DNA from: Psilocybe cubensis | Lineage: Eukaryota | Length of the DNA: 64,000 nucleotides | NCBI GenBank assembly: GCA_017499595.2 | Contig: CM039008.1 | Coordinates: 868,001 to 932,000, forward strand | Direction of reading: 5' to 3' | In this document: positions 25,870 to 38,581 of the stretch, piece after piece | Position numbering within the stretch: position 1 is the stretch's first letter | Layout: every line of letters begins with the position of its first letter | Made by a program: the position numbers and the translations under genes | Notes under the pieces: model-generated | Seen by the model: the letters and a program-made list of their open reading frames with translations, nothing else | Told to the model about the DNA's origin: nothing | Database searches by the model: none

Positions 25870-25911
25870 ACAGTTAATTTTTAAAACTACTACTGCAACT
25901 TTCACAGTCCA

Positions 25912-28500
25912 ATGGCGCCCAAATCACAAGCACAAACGCAGCCTCAGGTTGGGAAGCGAAAGCCAACCAAATCTTCAAGTCTCCACCGAACAGTCAGGCT
26001 TGATGGGGAAAGAATACCTTCATCCTCAGCACCTTCAAGAATGACCAGAATGGACCCGCTGACAGCCGTGAGCATCTACGATTTTTAAACAGGCTACATC
26101 CATATAAATAACCAAGTCAAGTAACAGTTCTCAAAATCTGTAACGACTGTATCCACAGTCAATAAAATCAACGCGTCCCAGTCTCAAGGTCAGAAGTTCA
26201 AAGGAAAGGGGAAGGCGAAAATTCAGGAATATGAAAGCGAGAACAGTGGTGAAGATGGACAAGGTAAGCATTGGGCAATCCGACTTAGCATTTTGCTCAT
26301 CGTTAATAGCAGCTGGCTTTCTGTGGGTTGATAAGTATGAGCCCATGACTGAGGTAATCTGTTTAGGATATTTTATGTCTATACAAGTTGGACTTATGAA
26401 ACATACAGGCTCAATTGGCGGTTCATGCCAGAAAAGTGGAAGACGTACGGAGATGGTTCGATGAAGCCTTCGAGGGTGGTCCATCGGGAAAGCTTACCAA
26501 GTATAGGGTTTGTCCTGCTTCTATTTATTTGGTTTAATTACATTCCACTAACCCGCCCCGCAGCGTATACTAGTACTTACTGGTCCATCTGGGACAGGCA
26601 AAACTGCAACAGTTCGTGTACTTGCGAAAGAGATGGGATTCGAGATTATGGAATGGAAAAATACGATCGGCGAGGCCCAAAACTTCTTTAGCCAAGAATC
26701 TAACACTTCGGACTATGAAGGCCTCTTCACCAAGTTTGAAGCTTTTTTGGCCCGGGCATCGACATGCCATAACATCTTTGCCAGCTCCTCTGCACAAAAA
26801 TCGAAAAATCGCCGAATAATTCTTCTAGAAGATCTTCCAAATATCCTACACTCCAAGACACAGACTCAGTTTCACGAGGCATTACATGCATTGGTGTCGG
26901 CGCAGTCAGCGAACCCTGTCCCTGTGGTCATTATCATAAGTGATTCAGGTTTGCGCGGAGAAGCGACCGACGAACGAAGAGCGGAAGCCGGGGGATGGGG
27001 ATGGGGAAAGGACAAGACCCAAATTATCGACGTGCGGACTGTTCTTCCAAAGGATCTCTTAGGAGGGCAGTTTGTGACAGAAATAAGGTCCTTCCTGTTT
27101 TCAACACTTTCACTGCAGAATATCTCATTTCATAATATAGCTTTAACCCAATCGCCCCTACATTACTTCGGAAAGCTCTTCAAGCGATGCTTAGCATTCA
27201 CTTTTCGAGATCCTCAGCTAGTGCGCCGTCGAAGGAAGTTTTGGATACCATAGTAGAGTCTGCGAACGGCGATATCAGAAGTGCAATAATGGCTCTTCAA
27301 TTTGCATGTATAATCGAGTTTCCGGGGCGCGGCAAGAAAAGGCTAGGTGAACAACGAATAGTGCTGGAAGCTGTGACAAGGCGTGAGCAGAGCTTAGCAC
27401 TTTTCCACTTATTAGGAAAGGTCTTGTATAATAAGCGTGCGCGCAGACTCACAACTTCAATCATGAGGTAGTACTGATTGTATGTTAGGTATGGGTGATC
27501 CTCCAAGTGCCTCTGCCAGTGCGAAAGATTTGCAGAAGGAACGCGACATTGATGCAGCACTTAAGCCGAGTGTAAAGCTTCCTGTACACTTGCACCAACA
27601 TGATAGGCGGGCAAGTAGGGTAAATGTTGAAGTACGTTGGATTCGTTTCTCTTTCGGACGCGAATTTATGCCATTTGGTTTCCGCAGTCCCTCTATGCCG
27701 ATTCTCCCATTGACACCTCATTATTTTCGTTGTACATCCACCAAAATTACACGCAATTTTGCAACGAGGTTGAAGAATCAGAAGATTTGGCTGATTGGTT
27801 GAGCTGGATCGATGCTAGTGGTGGAGATATGGTGCGACTTTCTAGTGATCCGATACACATTGCGCATGTTAAAGGAATTTGTTTTACTGCTAGTGGTATC
27901 AGGCTAATCCTCATCAGTTTCACTTGTTGACGTTGGGCACATTGCATTCACTACCTTCGCCGGTTCCACGACGTTCCCAGAAGTACTACAAGCCCGAATT
28001 TTTTGGCTTCTTGCAAAAAGAAAAAGACGCCTGGGATAGTGTTTGCGCTACTCGGGATTGGCTAATCGATGACCTACTATCTCGGGTGCGTGACCGTGTT
28101 TTTTTTTTTTCTTGCTGGCTGTCAATATTCCCTGTCGTGCAATTGAGCAGATGTTAACTTTTCTGTGACATAACAGGATGGGTCTGGTTGGAGAGCTGGT
28201 GGATGGACCAAGAACGACGTCGTACTGGAAGTGGGTGGCGTTCTCAAAGCTCAAGACGCAATACAAAACTCCAAATATGCTCGGCCTCCTCCTCCTGTAC
28301 ACAAGCTTTTCTCGCAAATGACATTCACACGCACAGGGAACACCGTTCGGGCATCTCAATTAGACGAAAGAGACGACTTTCAAGCAGATCAACAATTGGG
28401 CCTTGATCGCGACCTTGATATGGTATCCCCGTCTTCGATATACAAGATGGCAGAGGAAAAGGGGGGCTGGTTGGAATCTGACGATATTGACGAATTCTGA
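25912..28500 (+). CDS. RAD17: Checkpoint clamp loader Rad17/Rad24 (RFC-like AAA+)
   Basis: LWVDKYEP, LAVHARKVEDVRRW, Walker A GPSGTGKT, Walker B IILLEDLPN, ANGDIRSAIMALQF, LALFHLLGKVLYNKR, YIHQNY, acidic end DDIDEF. Confidence 0.93.
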
Positions 28501-28743
28501 GATTTAATGACTATGACGTTAATCTTTTTTTTTGGGATGCAGCCGGTCATTGCGGGTTGTGTGCGTATTTTATGGGTCATGCTGCCAGACGCCAGTCTGC
28601 AGGGTTGATATAGTAGATAACGGCTAGAACTATTATTATATCATTGTTGATGTTTATGTTACCGAGAAAAACCGTGTCAGGAAAAACCAAACATTTATGG
28701 GAACTCAAATTTGTATCTACGGCCGTAGCTCGAAAAGATTACA

Positions 28744-29929
28744 TTACTCCTGCAAAATATTCTTCGCATTGCAGCGCGGCAAAAATTGGCGCGCGTCACC
28801 CCATGCAGATCCCACGATCTTCACCTTGGTAAGTAATGGGAACTTCCCACTCAGCAGAACGTCCACCCTGCCCGCCCCTTGTTCCAGAGCCATGGTGATC
28901 TCCACACTCTTGAGGTTATCTGAAGTAATTTGCTCCAACAAGCGAGAGACCTGTTCGGGTGATAGTTTCGGGTCGGTTTCGATGGACAAGTTGAGTAGAG
29001 CCTTGAGTTGTGTCAGCTTGACGGCCTCCGTGAACGAGTCTAAATCAATCAAAAAAGATGAAGTTTAAGGAGGTCAGTGGAAACGAAAACTCGATGTTGG
29101 ATTGTTGCTACGGACCTAGGGTGGTCCCGGAGAAGCTGGTATTCATTTTGATGGCCAAGGATTGGAGGTTATCATTTGGGATCGCCAGAAAGGTAGTGAG
29201 GGTGGGGTAGTCATCCGAGACAAGGTGCGACAGTGAAAGAGAGGACACAGTGGGAAGCACGCCCTGTGCCAGCAGAAATTCTGAAACGGCCTTGATTGCT
29301 GGGGTTACGAGGTGGACCTGGCGCAAGGGCGATTTGAATCGAAGCCCATGGGCGCGATCCTTGTTTTGAAATGTGCAGCCGCACGACAGCGACTCCAAGG
29401 TATCGAAGGTACAGAGAAGCTTAGCGAATTGCGAGAATGTGCCGAAGATTACACTAGGGCCGACGTTAAAGATTTTTGTTTGGGGTGCTAATGCTGGTAT
29501 AGCTGTCTGCACCTCCTCGCGAATAACGGTGTTGCCGGAGCCCAAAATTCCAAGCGATTGAATGGTGATTTTATTGAGTGAGTTCATACGTCGTGTAAAC
29601 TCAGCGAACCAGCGTTGGGAACCAGGGACAAATTGGACATCCATGCCTTGAACCGCTGTTGATATGGTGCACAATGGAGAAGACAAAAGTTCGATAAATT
29701 CGCGAGCATTGGTGTGGGATATAGCAACAGTCGAAAAAAGGTGATATCTGCTGCTAGGGACCCAATTGTTTGAGACGAGGGCGCAGGCCATCAACGTTGG
29801 TGGGTCGGAGTGGTTGTGGTCGATGATAGAGTCCACAAGTTCTGGTGGAAAAATGCCTCTGCTCTGTAGGTTCGGTGGGGTCATGTTTTTTTGCTTTTCT
29901 GCTTTTACCATGCTGGCAAAAGCAGGCAT
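28744..29929 (-). CDS. F-box-like domain protein (agaricomycete expanded family)
   Basis: FPPELVDSIIDH...TLMACALVSNNWVPSSRYHLF followed by LRR-like segments; one intron near 29045-29112. Confidence 0.8.
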
Positions 29930-30186
29930 TTATAGGCGGCCAAAATGCCCAGACTAAACAGTAAATAGAAAGGTCGTTGAGATCGAAAGCAAACCTGAGG
30001 ATATTGATAACTGTTTTCTCAACGTAAAGTGAAGCGCCGGGGTTTATCGATGACTTATTAGGACGTGTCTTTATGCTGCGTGGCAGATGAGATTGTAAAA
30101 GAGATATAGACAGATTGACATTACAAACGAAGGAACCCCCCAAGGATAAAAAATATGGGGATCCCAAGGCTTCTGATTGTTCTAGC

Positions 30187-31310
30187 TCATTGCTGAGGTG
30201 TCATACTAGGCAGTGGATTATGATGTGAACTGTTCGGAGCGCGACCTGGCTCAGGTATGCCACTCGTAAAATCTCCCGGTATTTGGAAAGTTGGGGTGAA
30301 TTCATTGGTTGAAGGCTCCCTAGAAGGCCGTGGCCGTGGAGTAGTTGACCCCGAATGCGAGGACCAGAAAGAGTCGTAAGTAAGCGTGGAAGTCGATGAA
30401 AAGCTATACATGTCTTTAGATGTCAATGAAGTAGGGGGTTTAGGGGTATGGGGTGCTTTTGGCATTCGAAAATGCGACGACATTCCAGATGTGTGATTCG
30501 CCATCGATGATTGCGAGTCTACCGGTGATTCAGAATTTTCCTCAGGTGGTGTAAGTGATGCGGTGGGAAGAGATAACTCTCGTTGTGGTATGTTGATGTC
30601 TTCGTTCGACGTACTGGGAACAATAGCGCCAGAACCAGCTGGTGGGGTTGCCCTGTTATGAGAATCGACCACCACGTCCGATGATGTCGACGGCAGATCA
30701 GATCTTAGAGCAGGATCAATATTATCCAGAGATAGAATGATTTGTGGTGGTGGCATTTGAGCAGTTTCTTTATCACGATTCACGTTGTTCTCCTGGCGAG
30801 AGGAAGACGTTATGTCTTGGTCAATTGCGGCGGTTTGATTCAAACTCTGGGCGATACGTCCTAGGCTTGATGGCGCAAGTTTGAATGACAAAGACGACTG
30901 GACTGTGTTTGTGATTGGTATAGAAAATGAAGGATGTTGCTGTTGTGTGGTCGCTACTACAGTAGGCAGTGGAAACGATTTGGAACCTCGGAGATGTGAA
31001 TTGTGAAAATAAAGATTCTCAACCTCGTTCAAAGTTTGCTGTTGCTGTGTAAAAATACTGAGATGAGTGGCAAAGGTACGCATGATCGTCTGAACACACC
31101 CATCCGTGTTCTACTTTCAGTCTGGCATATTGAAGTCGCATTTGCAGCTGTCTGGAGAGCTGTCATTCGGATTTCTGGGAATAAGTTTCTTATACCAAAT
31201 ATACCATATGATTAGTTCCGTACGTGATTTGCTTTGACTTTCTCCATTGTTTGTTTCCGGCGTTTGTCGTTTTCAGTTGCTTGAGTAGCTGGAGAAGATG
31301 TAGCCACCAT
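30187..31310 (-). CDS. Whi5/Nrm1-like motif protein (putative G1/S transcription corepressor)
   Basis: Exons 31310-~31224 (MVATSSPATQ...KANH), ~31159-31100 (LSRQLQMRLQYARLKVEHGW), then QQQTLNEVENLYF plus a disordered SP/TP-containing tail; motif resembles the Whi5/Nrm1 GTB motif. Confidence 0.7.
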
Positions 31311-31480
31311 TTTGGCGTCGACCTGAGCGATAATAGAACAGTCTTTGGATAGCAGTGGAATAGTAATTTGCTGTCGATATAGTGAATACGAATGTAGAAG
31401 AGATCAAGTTCAACGAAGAAGTTGAAATCTTCTGAATGAAATGCCCTGGGCGCTCAGAAACACGAATGATAACTGGAGAG

Positions 31481-31514
31481 CACGTGAACAAATGGCTTGA
31501 TCACGTGAACAAAT
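31481..31514. promoter_or_regulatory. Direct repeat CACGTGAACAAAT x2 (E-boxes) in divergent promoter
   Basis: Identical 13-mers at 31481-31493 and 31502-31514. Confidence 0.5.
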
Positions 31515-31678
31515 TGATAACTATAAATAAATATTAGATATTCCAAGTATTATGTCATTAACATGCAAAAATAACCTTCAGGCTATCAGGCCATTCCGAA
31601 CGCCGTTTCCCTTTCTGTGTCACTCATGTATTGGTCAGATATGATAAACCAGTTTTACAGAGCGACGATCAAGATAAA

Positions 31679-32350
31679 ATGCCCCTTGCTCCCCCTCTCA
31701 ACTTTTCCAAATGGCTGAATGACAATCAACATCTGTTACAACCACCAGTGAACAATTTTTGCCTCTATAAAGGAGATGATTTCATCGTTATGGCTGTCGG
31801 AGGCCCGAACGAAAGGCGTGATTATCATGTCAACGAAACAGAAGTCCGTTCATTCATATGATGTTTCTTACTTTTCTGAGATGTTCTACAGGAATGGTTT
31901 TACCAACACAAAGGAGGTATGCTCCTGCGCACCGTGGATGATGGAAAGTTCAGAGATATTCGTATCGAAGAGGGCGAGATGTTTTTGTTGCCTGGTTTGC
32001 GTTGTTTACCTCAGTACTTTCATCCGCTTACGGACTTGATAGCAAACACACCGCACAACCCTGTGCGCTTTGCTAATACCATTGGCTTGGTGACCGAGCG
32101 AGTCAGGCCGAAGGACTCACTAGGTATGCTTCTCAGTAGCTACTTCACATGTGTGTCTTGCTCAATTAAATCAGATCGCCTGCGATGGTATTGCTCAAAC
32201 CCGGTTCACATCGAACCAACGATTATCAGGGAGGAAGCTTTTCATGTCACCGATCTCGGGACTCAGCTCAAGCCAGTAATCGAGAAGTGGATGACTGACG
32301 AAGGTAGCAGGAAATGCCCCCACTGCGGTATAATTGCGGATGCAAAGTAG
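31679..32350 (+). CDS. BNA1: 3-hydroxyanthranilate 3,4-dioxygenase (kynurenine NAD pathway)
   Basis: [66 protein letters not shown]; 3 introns. Confidence 0.95.
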
Positions 32351-33100
32351 TGCTGAACAATTGTAATCGCTTTTTTCGGTACCACAGCCTTTTGCTATTT
32401 ATGTGTGCGATTTCACCGCCATTCCATTTGTACCTGGGATTAGCTGCACCTTTTTCAGCAATTGTCTGTTATGGAATAGTATGCTTTCCTATGGCATCAT
32501 TTGGGTGTCCTATCCATCTTGGACACAGCTTTCAATTCTGTACCTCAAAATATCTCCAACCAGCGTCGATCTTAATTGAACCTGTAAACATTCAAGCTGG
32601 TATTCGGGTCGCCAATTAAGCTACACTCCGGGATATCGACAATGGAATCATCAAGGGAAGATCTAGCCTGGACGAAAGATTTGAATTCGACGCAAGCTTC
32701 TCCATTTCCTAATTTTTCTTTCCAATGTGAGCCTGTGATATTCTCATGAAGCATGCTGATTATATACATTTCGGTCGTTAGAAATTAAACCTCCATTGGA
32801 TTGGATGCAAGTTTGCGGCATTCGGTCATTCCTTCTGTCCGATCAGGTCAGATCAATGATGACACCGACGTTTACACTGATCATGCGGGACTCCTAATTG
32901 TGATTAGATGCGATGCTCAGAGCGATATTGCTGGTATAGCCTGGGGGCACTATGCACTAAGCTCGTTCCGTCCCTTGAATCTCACCGATGTCAAATTGCA
33001 TCCAGAAAGGTTTAAAAGCGAAGCAGAAATGAGCGTATCTCTAGGCTCGTTCCACCGCACTTCCCCAGCAAGTCTTCTATCCATACTCGCTTCTGCCATT

Positions 33101-34048
33101 ATGTCTTACAACAACGACGGCGATAACGACTCTTACGGTTCATCCAACCGTAATGATCGTGATAACGGCAACAGCTACGGGTCGTCGAACAACGACAACT
33201 ATGGATCCAGCAATAACTCGGATTCCTATGGTTCCTCTGGTCGCGACGACAATTCTTATGGGTCCAACAGGAACAATGACTCGTATGGTTCTTCCAACAA
33301 CGACTCCTACGGCTCGAGAAACAACAACGACAATGACAACTCATACGGCTCATCGAGGGGCGACTCATACGGCTCCGGCAACAATAACAATAACGACGAC
33401 AATTCCTATGGCTCATCAAAGAACTCCTATGGATCTTCTAACAACGATAACAGCTATGGGTCGAGTAACAACAATGATTCGTACGGGTCCTCCAAGAATG
33501 ATTCGTACGGATCCTCCAAGAATGATTCGTACGGGTCCTCCAACAATGATTCGTACGGTTCCCGCAACAATGATTCGTACGGTTCCTCCAATAATGATTC
33601 ATACGGTTCCTCCAATAATGATTCGTACGGCTCCCGCAACAATTCCAATAACGACGATTCCTACGGATCTTCTAAGAACAATAATAGTTACGGGTCGAGC
33701 AATAACGACGATTCCTATGGGTCCTCCAATAACGATTCGTACGGTTCTAACAACAGAAACGATGACTCTTATGCATCGTCCTCTAACAACAATGATTGGG
33801 TCCAGAAGGGAGTCAAGGAAGCCGCTAGTAGAGCCGGATATAATCTTGTGAGTTCCTAGTCTTGACTCCCTTTTTCGTCTGTTGTTTTTTTTTTTGCTAA
33901 ATTAGAGCTCCAATGCAGGATGATGACACAGCTGAAAAAATTGGTGAGGGCTTGAAGGATGGCTTGAAGAAGTTTGGAGGATGTATGTTTTTTTATCTGT
34001 CACCATCCGGCAAATACTTATCGAAAAACCTTTGCAGTTGGGAATTAA
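33101..34048 (+). CDS. Asn/Ser/Asp/Gly/Tyr-rich repeat protein (DSYGSSNN repeats), hydrophilin/prion-like
   Basis: ATG 33101; 23 YGS motifs plus one YAS; two introns give C-terminus WVQKGVKEAASRAGYNLDDDTAEKIGEGLKDGLKKFGGFGN*. Confidence 0.85.
33473..33640 (+). repeat. Coding minisatellite, 7 x 24 bp (NDSYGS[S/R][K/N])
   Basis: AATGATTCRTACGG recurs every 24 bp from 33473. Confidence 0.9.
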
Positions 34049-34188
34049 ACAGATCAAACATACTGAAGATTCTGGACTCGAATTGCCCACGCCGTCTGTG
34101 AATACCAAATTACGAATAAATAAGCTGTACATCTCTTATATACGTGGAGAATTGATTGCTGTTATATCCTATATGAAACGTGGTGTGT

Positions 34189-36240
34189 CTACTTGACTAG
34201 CGTCTTTTTTGTTTTAGTCAATTTCGCCATTACCTCGTCGGAGAATCCGAGGTGAGCTTTGACGAGATTTGGTGGTGTCAACGCAAGCCATTGGCTGAGC
34301 GAGATATCTTGGAAAATGTCTACAAAACGTAAACGGATGACGTTAGAGAACCCAATTCGTCGGAACTGAATTGTGTAAGTCATGGCGTACCAGACTTGAG
34401 GATCTCGACAAACTTCAGGGTCGTGTTGCCGATATTCTCGATGTAGTGCCCTGAAGGTAGGCGCCCATGTCAGTATGTCCGCAACGTTGAATTGGGGATT
34501 TCTATATACCAAATGTCGGAGGAATATAAGCAATATCACCGCCCTGTGCAGTTTTAAATCAATATATTGTCGAATAATATGATCATGAAGTGACTTGCAT
34601 AGAAATCGTATGTTGCAGCATTTCCTTGGGACGCGAAAAGAGTGATCCTAGCTTGACCAGAACTAGTCCCAATAGTTTGGTGCCTGGTGAAAATCGGATA
34701 ATGTGATGACTTACACAAAGAAGGTCCATTCCGGCTGCGTTGGATGCCACTATTCGATTGGAAAATATATCGTCAGTGACGTGTAGCATAAAATAAAGCC
34801 CAAATTTTAAAATACGAACATGGAGTTCTCTGTATCAAAATTCTGTAAGTAAATGTGTTGATATCAAGGGCTCAATCGACGTACCGCAATCCGCCAACCT
34901 CGAGTTCTACTTCAGCTGCAGCAATTGTCTCCGAAACAGTAAACGTTCTGCTGTCTACAACTTTGACTGTTCCTGCTTCCTTTTGTTCAGGAACAACTTT
35001 AGAAAATTGGTATGTATATGGGTGTGGGGTATTGTTGGGAATAACCATATCTTGAGAAATGTCTGGCGAAGGAGGAAGCGCTGAAAAAATTTGTTTTCAG
35101 GACCATGATCGACAAAAGGGCGGTAACACTACTCACAAGGGAATATGTAAAGCTCATGTTCGGGAATATGGTCGAATGCATCCAGGTTACCCGTCATTCC
35201 AAAGTTCTTCGCAATGACGGACTTGGGTACATGAGCAAGCCAATCAGTAAGTTGGAAAGTAGAATCTTCTGAGAATGATCCCGAATCGAAAATGAGGAGA
35301 AATTCGGCACCATCTGGAGCGGTGTCTTTTGCTTGGATGGAGTGTGGGTTGCCGGCTGGGAAATACCAGAGATCGCCTGCGGACTACGAGAGTATTAGTG
35401 ATAATTGAATAGCAACCCGGTGAATGTGTTAAACTTACGACGTCGCCGACCCACACTTGACCCTCTGGAGTGATGGTACTGACTCTAAGATCACCCTATC
35501 CGTATGGTTAGAAGCCGTATCGATGAAGAATGTAAAAGAAAACATACTTTCAGAACGTAAGCCCACTAGAAAATTATGTCAATTCAGTCAATTGTTAGGT
35601 AATTGAAGAGAACAATGTACTTCTGATGTGCTATGCCAGTGCATTTCTCTATCATACAGTTTCAGACGCATGTACTGACACGGTCGACAAAAGCTAACGT
35701 CACCGACCTTATAGCTCCTGCTTCAAGTCGCATATTTACACCTTTCGGCAAGAAAAGGCATCGATTCAGATAGACAATCAAATTTAAATAGACATAATAC
35801 TTTACCTGCTATGTCTGTTGCTTGAGGTAGATCTTTAACTATTAGGCAGTCATCAGAAGAATGTTACTTGACGTATTAGAAGCGGGAAACCAATAATTCC
35901 CACCATTTTGTTGTCTTGCCCATCCCCCATCCTTTAGTTTGTTATGGCTAAACGAGAAAGGCCACTTGTAATTTTGTACTTCGCCGTTATCCGTTGTTGG
36001 AGGCGCTAAAAGGTCCGCGTTTTGTAGGTCCATAGGTACATTCTGAGGGCCCAGAATAGAGGCGCCAACCCTCCCACGCTGCGGACTAGGGAAGCGGCCG
36101 GAGGTAGGCGTCCAGAGAACGTCATTGGGGTTCGAGTCGGTGTATTCTACTTGAGGCTGAATAGGCACTGTTGGTGCCGCAATGACGAGAACAGTCGAAC
36201 ACTGCAGCAATATGGACAGGATAAGTATCGGATGCCACAT
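34189..36240 (-). CDS. oxdC: Secreted oxalate decarboxylase (bicupin, OxdC family)
   Basis: Signal peptide; APPTTDNG, KWPFSFSH, GGWARQQN, NMRLEAGAIREMHWH, DLWYFPAGNPHSIQA, lid FSEDSTF, ELHWHPTQPEW, DISLSQWLALTP; many micro-exons. Confidence 0.93.
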
Positions 36241-36966
36241 GTAACGTTGATTTGTTTGTCGGGTTTCTATCTGGAGGTAGGATAGGTAGACTTTCCAAGG
36301 TCTCGGTTTAGATGTCTAAACAGCGGTGACTATGACTGACCCAAAAGAGAGGGAACAGGGATACGGGAACCCAATCGTCGGTCGACCTCCTTTATATTGT
36401 GGATATCGCATCACTGGACTAGACTGAACTTGAAAAATTGATATGGTTCGATACGAGACCAATCTCCGACTATCGATCAAGCTTTCAGACGAAATGCAGA
36501 GAATTTTTGTCTACCGCAAATGTTGGTGAGTTTTCCACCAATTACAAGCCTCGGAGATGAAGCTAGTGAAGGCCTGCTCATATCAATATGTGATAGCCAG
36601 AGGTATCTCGGCTGTGGGCCACTTGATGATTAAATGCATCATCTTCGATATTATCAGGGTCATAGGATATAACGTGAACGCAATAGTGCTCCTGTAGGCC
36701 GAATAGCGCTATTCGAAAACGCTCGTAGAAAGATATGGTCTACTCTGCTTGTATGAATGGCCACTGTCACAAACCAATTGACCACTAGCATGATGCTAGA
36801 GACTGTTGTTCGCTATAACACCTTTCATTTGAATCTCGCACCCAACAATGGATAGGGGTACTGGTACGCACATATAAAGCTCGGCTTATGATATATCGTT
36901 ATATTGAACGTGAAACACTCGAAAAAAATGACGAAGCCATCTGGAATAACGTAGGGATAACGTACA

Positions 36967-38581
36967 TCATATCCCACAAAAATCGTTATATCCAGGAAAG
37001 CCGCTGACGGACCTACGAGAGTCATTTGAATCTAGACGAGATAAGACTTCCGCATATGCACAGCATGCTCCAGCAATTCCTTCATATAGACTCCAAGGAT
37101 GGTCAGGAATTAACATTTCTTTCGAAGTAGTCAGGTCTTCACGAAGAGTGGCGAGAAATGCTAGATGCGCGGCCTTAGCAAAGAAACGTTTATTAGAAGA
37201 CGAATCGAGCGCATCCGACGCTGCCAACAGAGCGTAGACCGAGCCTGCGACCCCATGGCAGAGGCCAACGCCCTTGCGGAGCAGACCATGCTTGTAGACA
37301 AAACGGGCGCCCTGTTGTATAGATCGAACAATATCGTCTCGAACGCCGTCTGCCGCGAAGCCTTCGTGATCGTGAAGCACACGAAGCGTTGTAGAAAGAA
37401 GGATGATTACTCCGGGAGCACCGTGACACCACCTTTGAAATTAAGGTTCGTAAGTAGTGAGTGACGTTGCCTTTATCGGTAAGGATAACTTAAAAACCGT
37501 ACGTACTGGACGAGCTCATTTTCGGAACTGACGCCCCGTTGAGTAGGGCATTTCGACGGCCAGTTTCCAGCTTCATCTTGACAAGTTATGAGCCATCTTA
37601 TTGTTCCAAGGATTTCTGAAAGATGCTTCTGGATGATTGAGCCAGGACATGCTAATAATATCTGCAAGATGCCAGCTTTATAAGGTATCAGCAGAAAAGC
37701 GAAAGCAGTAACTGATAATACTAGCCTACACCATGTGCGCCTCCAAGATAGCGTTTGCGATGCCAGGTCCACATCAGAGGGGGGAGTTGGGGTTGATCAT
37801 CCATTCTGAATTCCGAAGCGAGGGAGAACGCGCCGTGTTTGCCTCGGCTCATAATAGAATCGACAAGACGAGCTAGATTACTGTCCGAAGTTAAGTTCTC
37901 CAGCGATGCAATTTCATGATGTGGCTTCCCGCTTATTGAATTTCGAAGGTACAAAAGTGCGTAGAGCAGGCCTGCACGCCCATACAAAACTTCACATCCA
38001 TCTTCTTTCTCGCCGGGCGAGTAAAGTTCAGCGTCCTCCAAAAGGACCTGCTCAACATTCGATTCTAGGAAGTCCTTTGCCGCCTTCCAATTACCGACAA
38101 TTGTCGGCTCCGAAGTCCACAAGCCTCGGGAAAGCACAAGAGCAGCAATGCCGACGCCGCTTTCAATAAAAGAAAGACGGTTAAAAGAGTAAACGTAAGG
38201 AGGACGATAGCGGATTACGCGCGCTAGATGTTGATCGGCAACATGAATGAGACTTTTTGGCGTCAATGCATCATGCTGAAGCGGGATCGATATCCCGGCC
38301 AGGTGATACTCCATCATTGCTATTCCTGCAAAACAAAATAGACTGATAAGATATTACGATAAAAAGTAGCAGCTAGACGGAACAAATGCACCTGATATTC
38401 CGGTGTAGATGCTGTCATGTCTCTGGATCTGGAGATCTTTGGTTGCTCGTTGTACTCGTAAAACCTCATTAGACAAGGCTTCAGCTATATGCTTGTTAAT
38501 AGCTTCCCAATCCTTGACAAGCACAGGGGGTTTGCTCGGTAGCGGGATATGACGGGTCTGGTTATGCTGCTTGTAAGCCAT
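36967..38581 (-). CDS. Lanthionine synthetase C-like (LanCL) protein
   Basis: SIYTGISG, CEVLYGRAGLLY, WHRKRYLGGAHG, GNWPS, spliced ELVQWCHGAPG, KGVGLCHGVAG, PDHPWSLYEGIAG; 3 introns. Confidence 0.93.

Noticed and set aside
33473..33640. CRISPR-like regular repeats
   Set aside because: Contiguous in-frame coding minisatellite without spacers in a eukaryotic gene
33153..33851. Alternative-frame and antisense repeat ORFs (MIRTGPP, EPYESLL)
   Set aside because: Frame shadows of the 24-bp coding repeat
33101..38581. SYG-repeat protein as RiPP precursor for the nearby LanC-like enzyme
   Set aside because: It has no Cys, no signal peptide and no KR-delimited cores; no dehydratase, kinase or DUF3328 oxidase is in the window; OxdC lies between the genes
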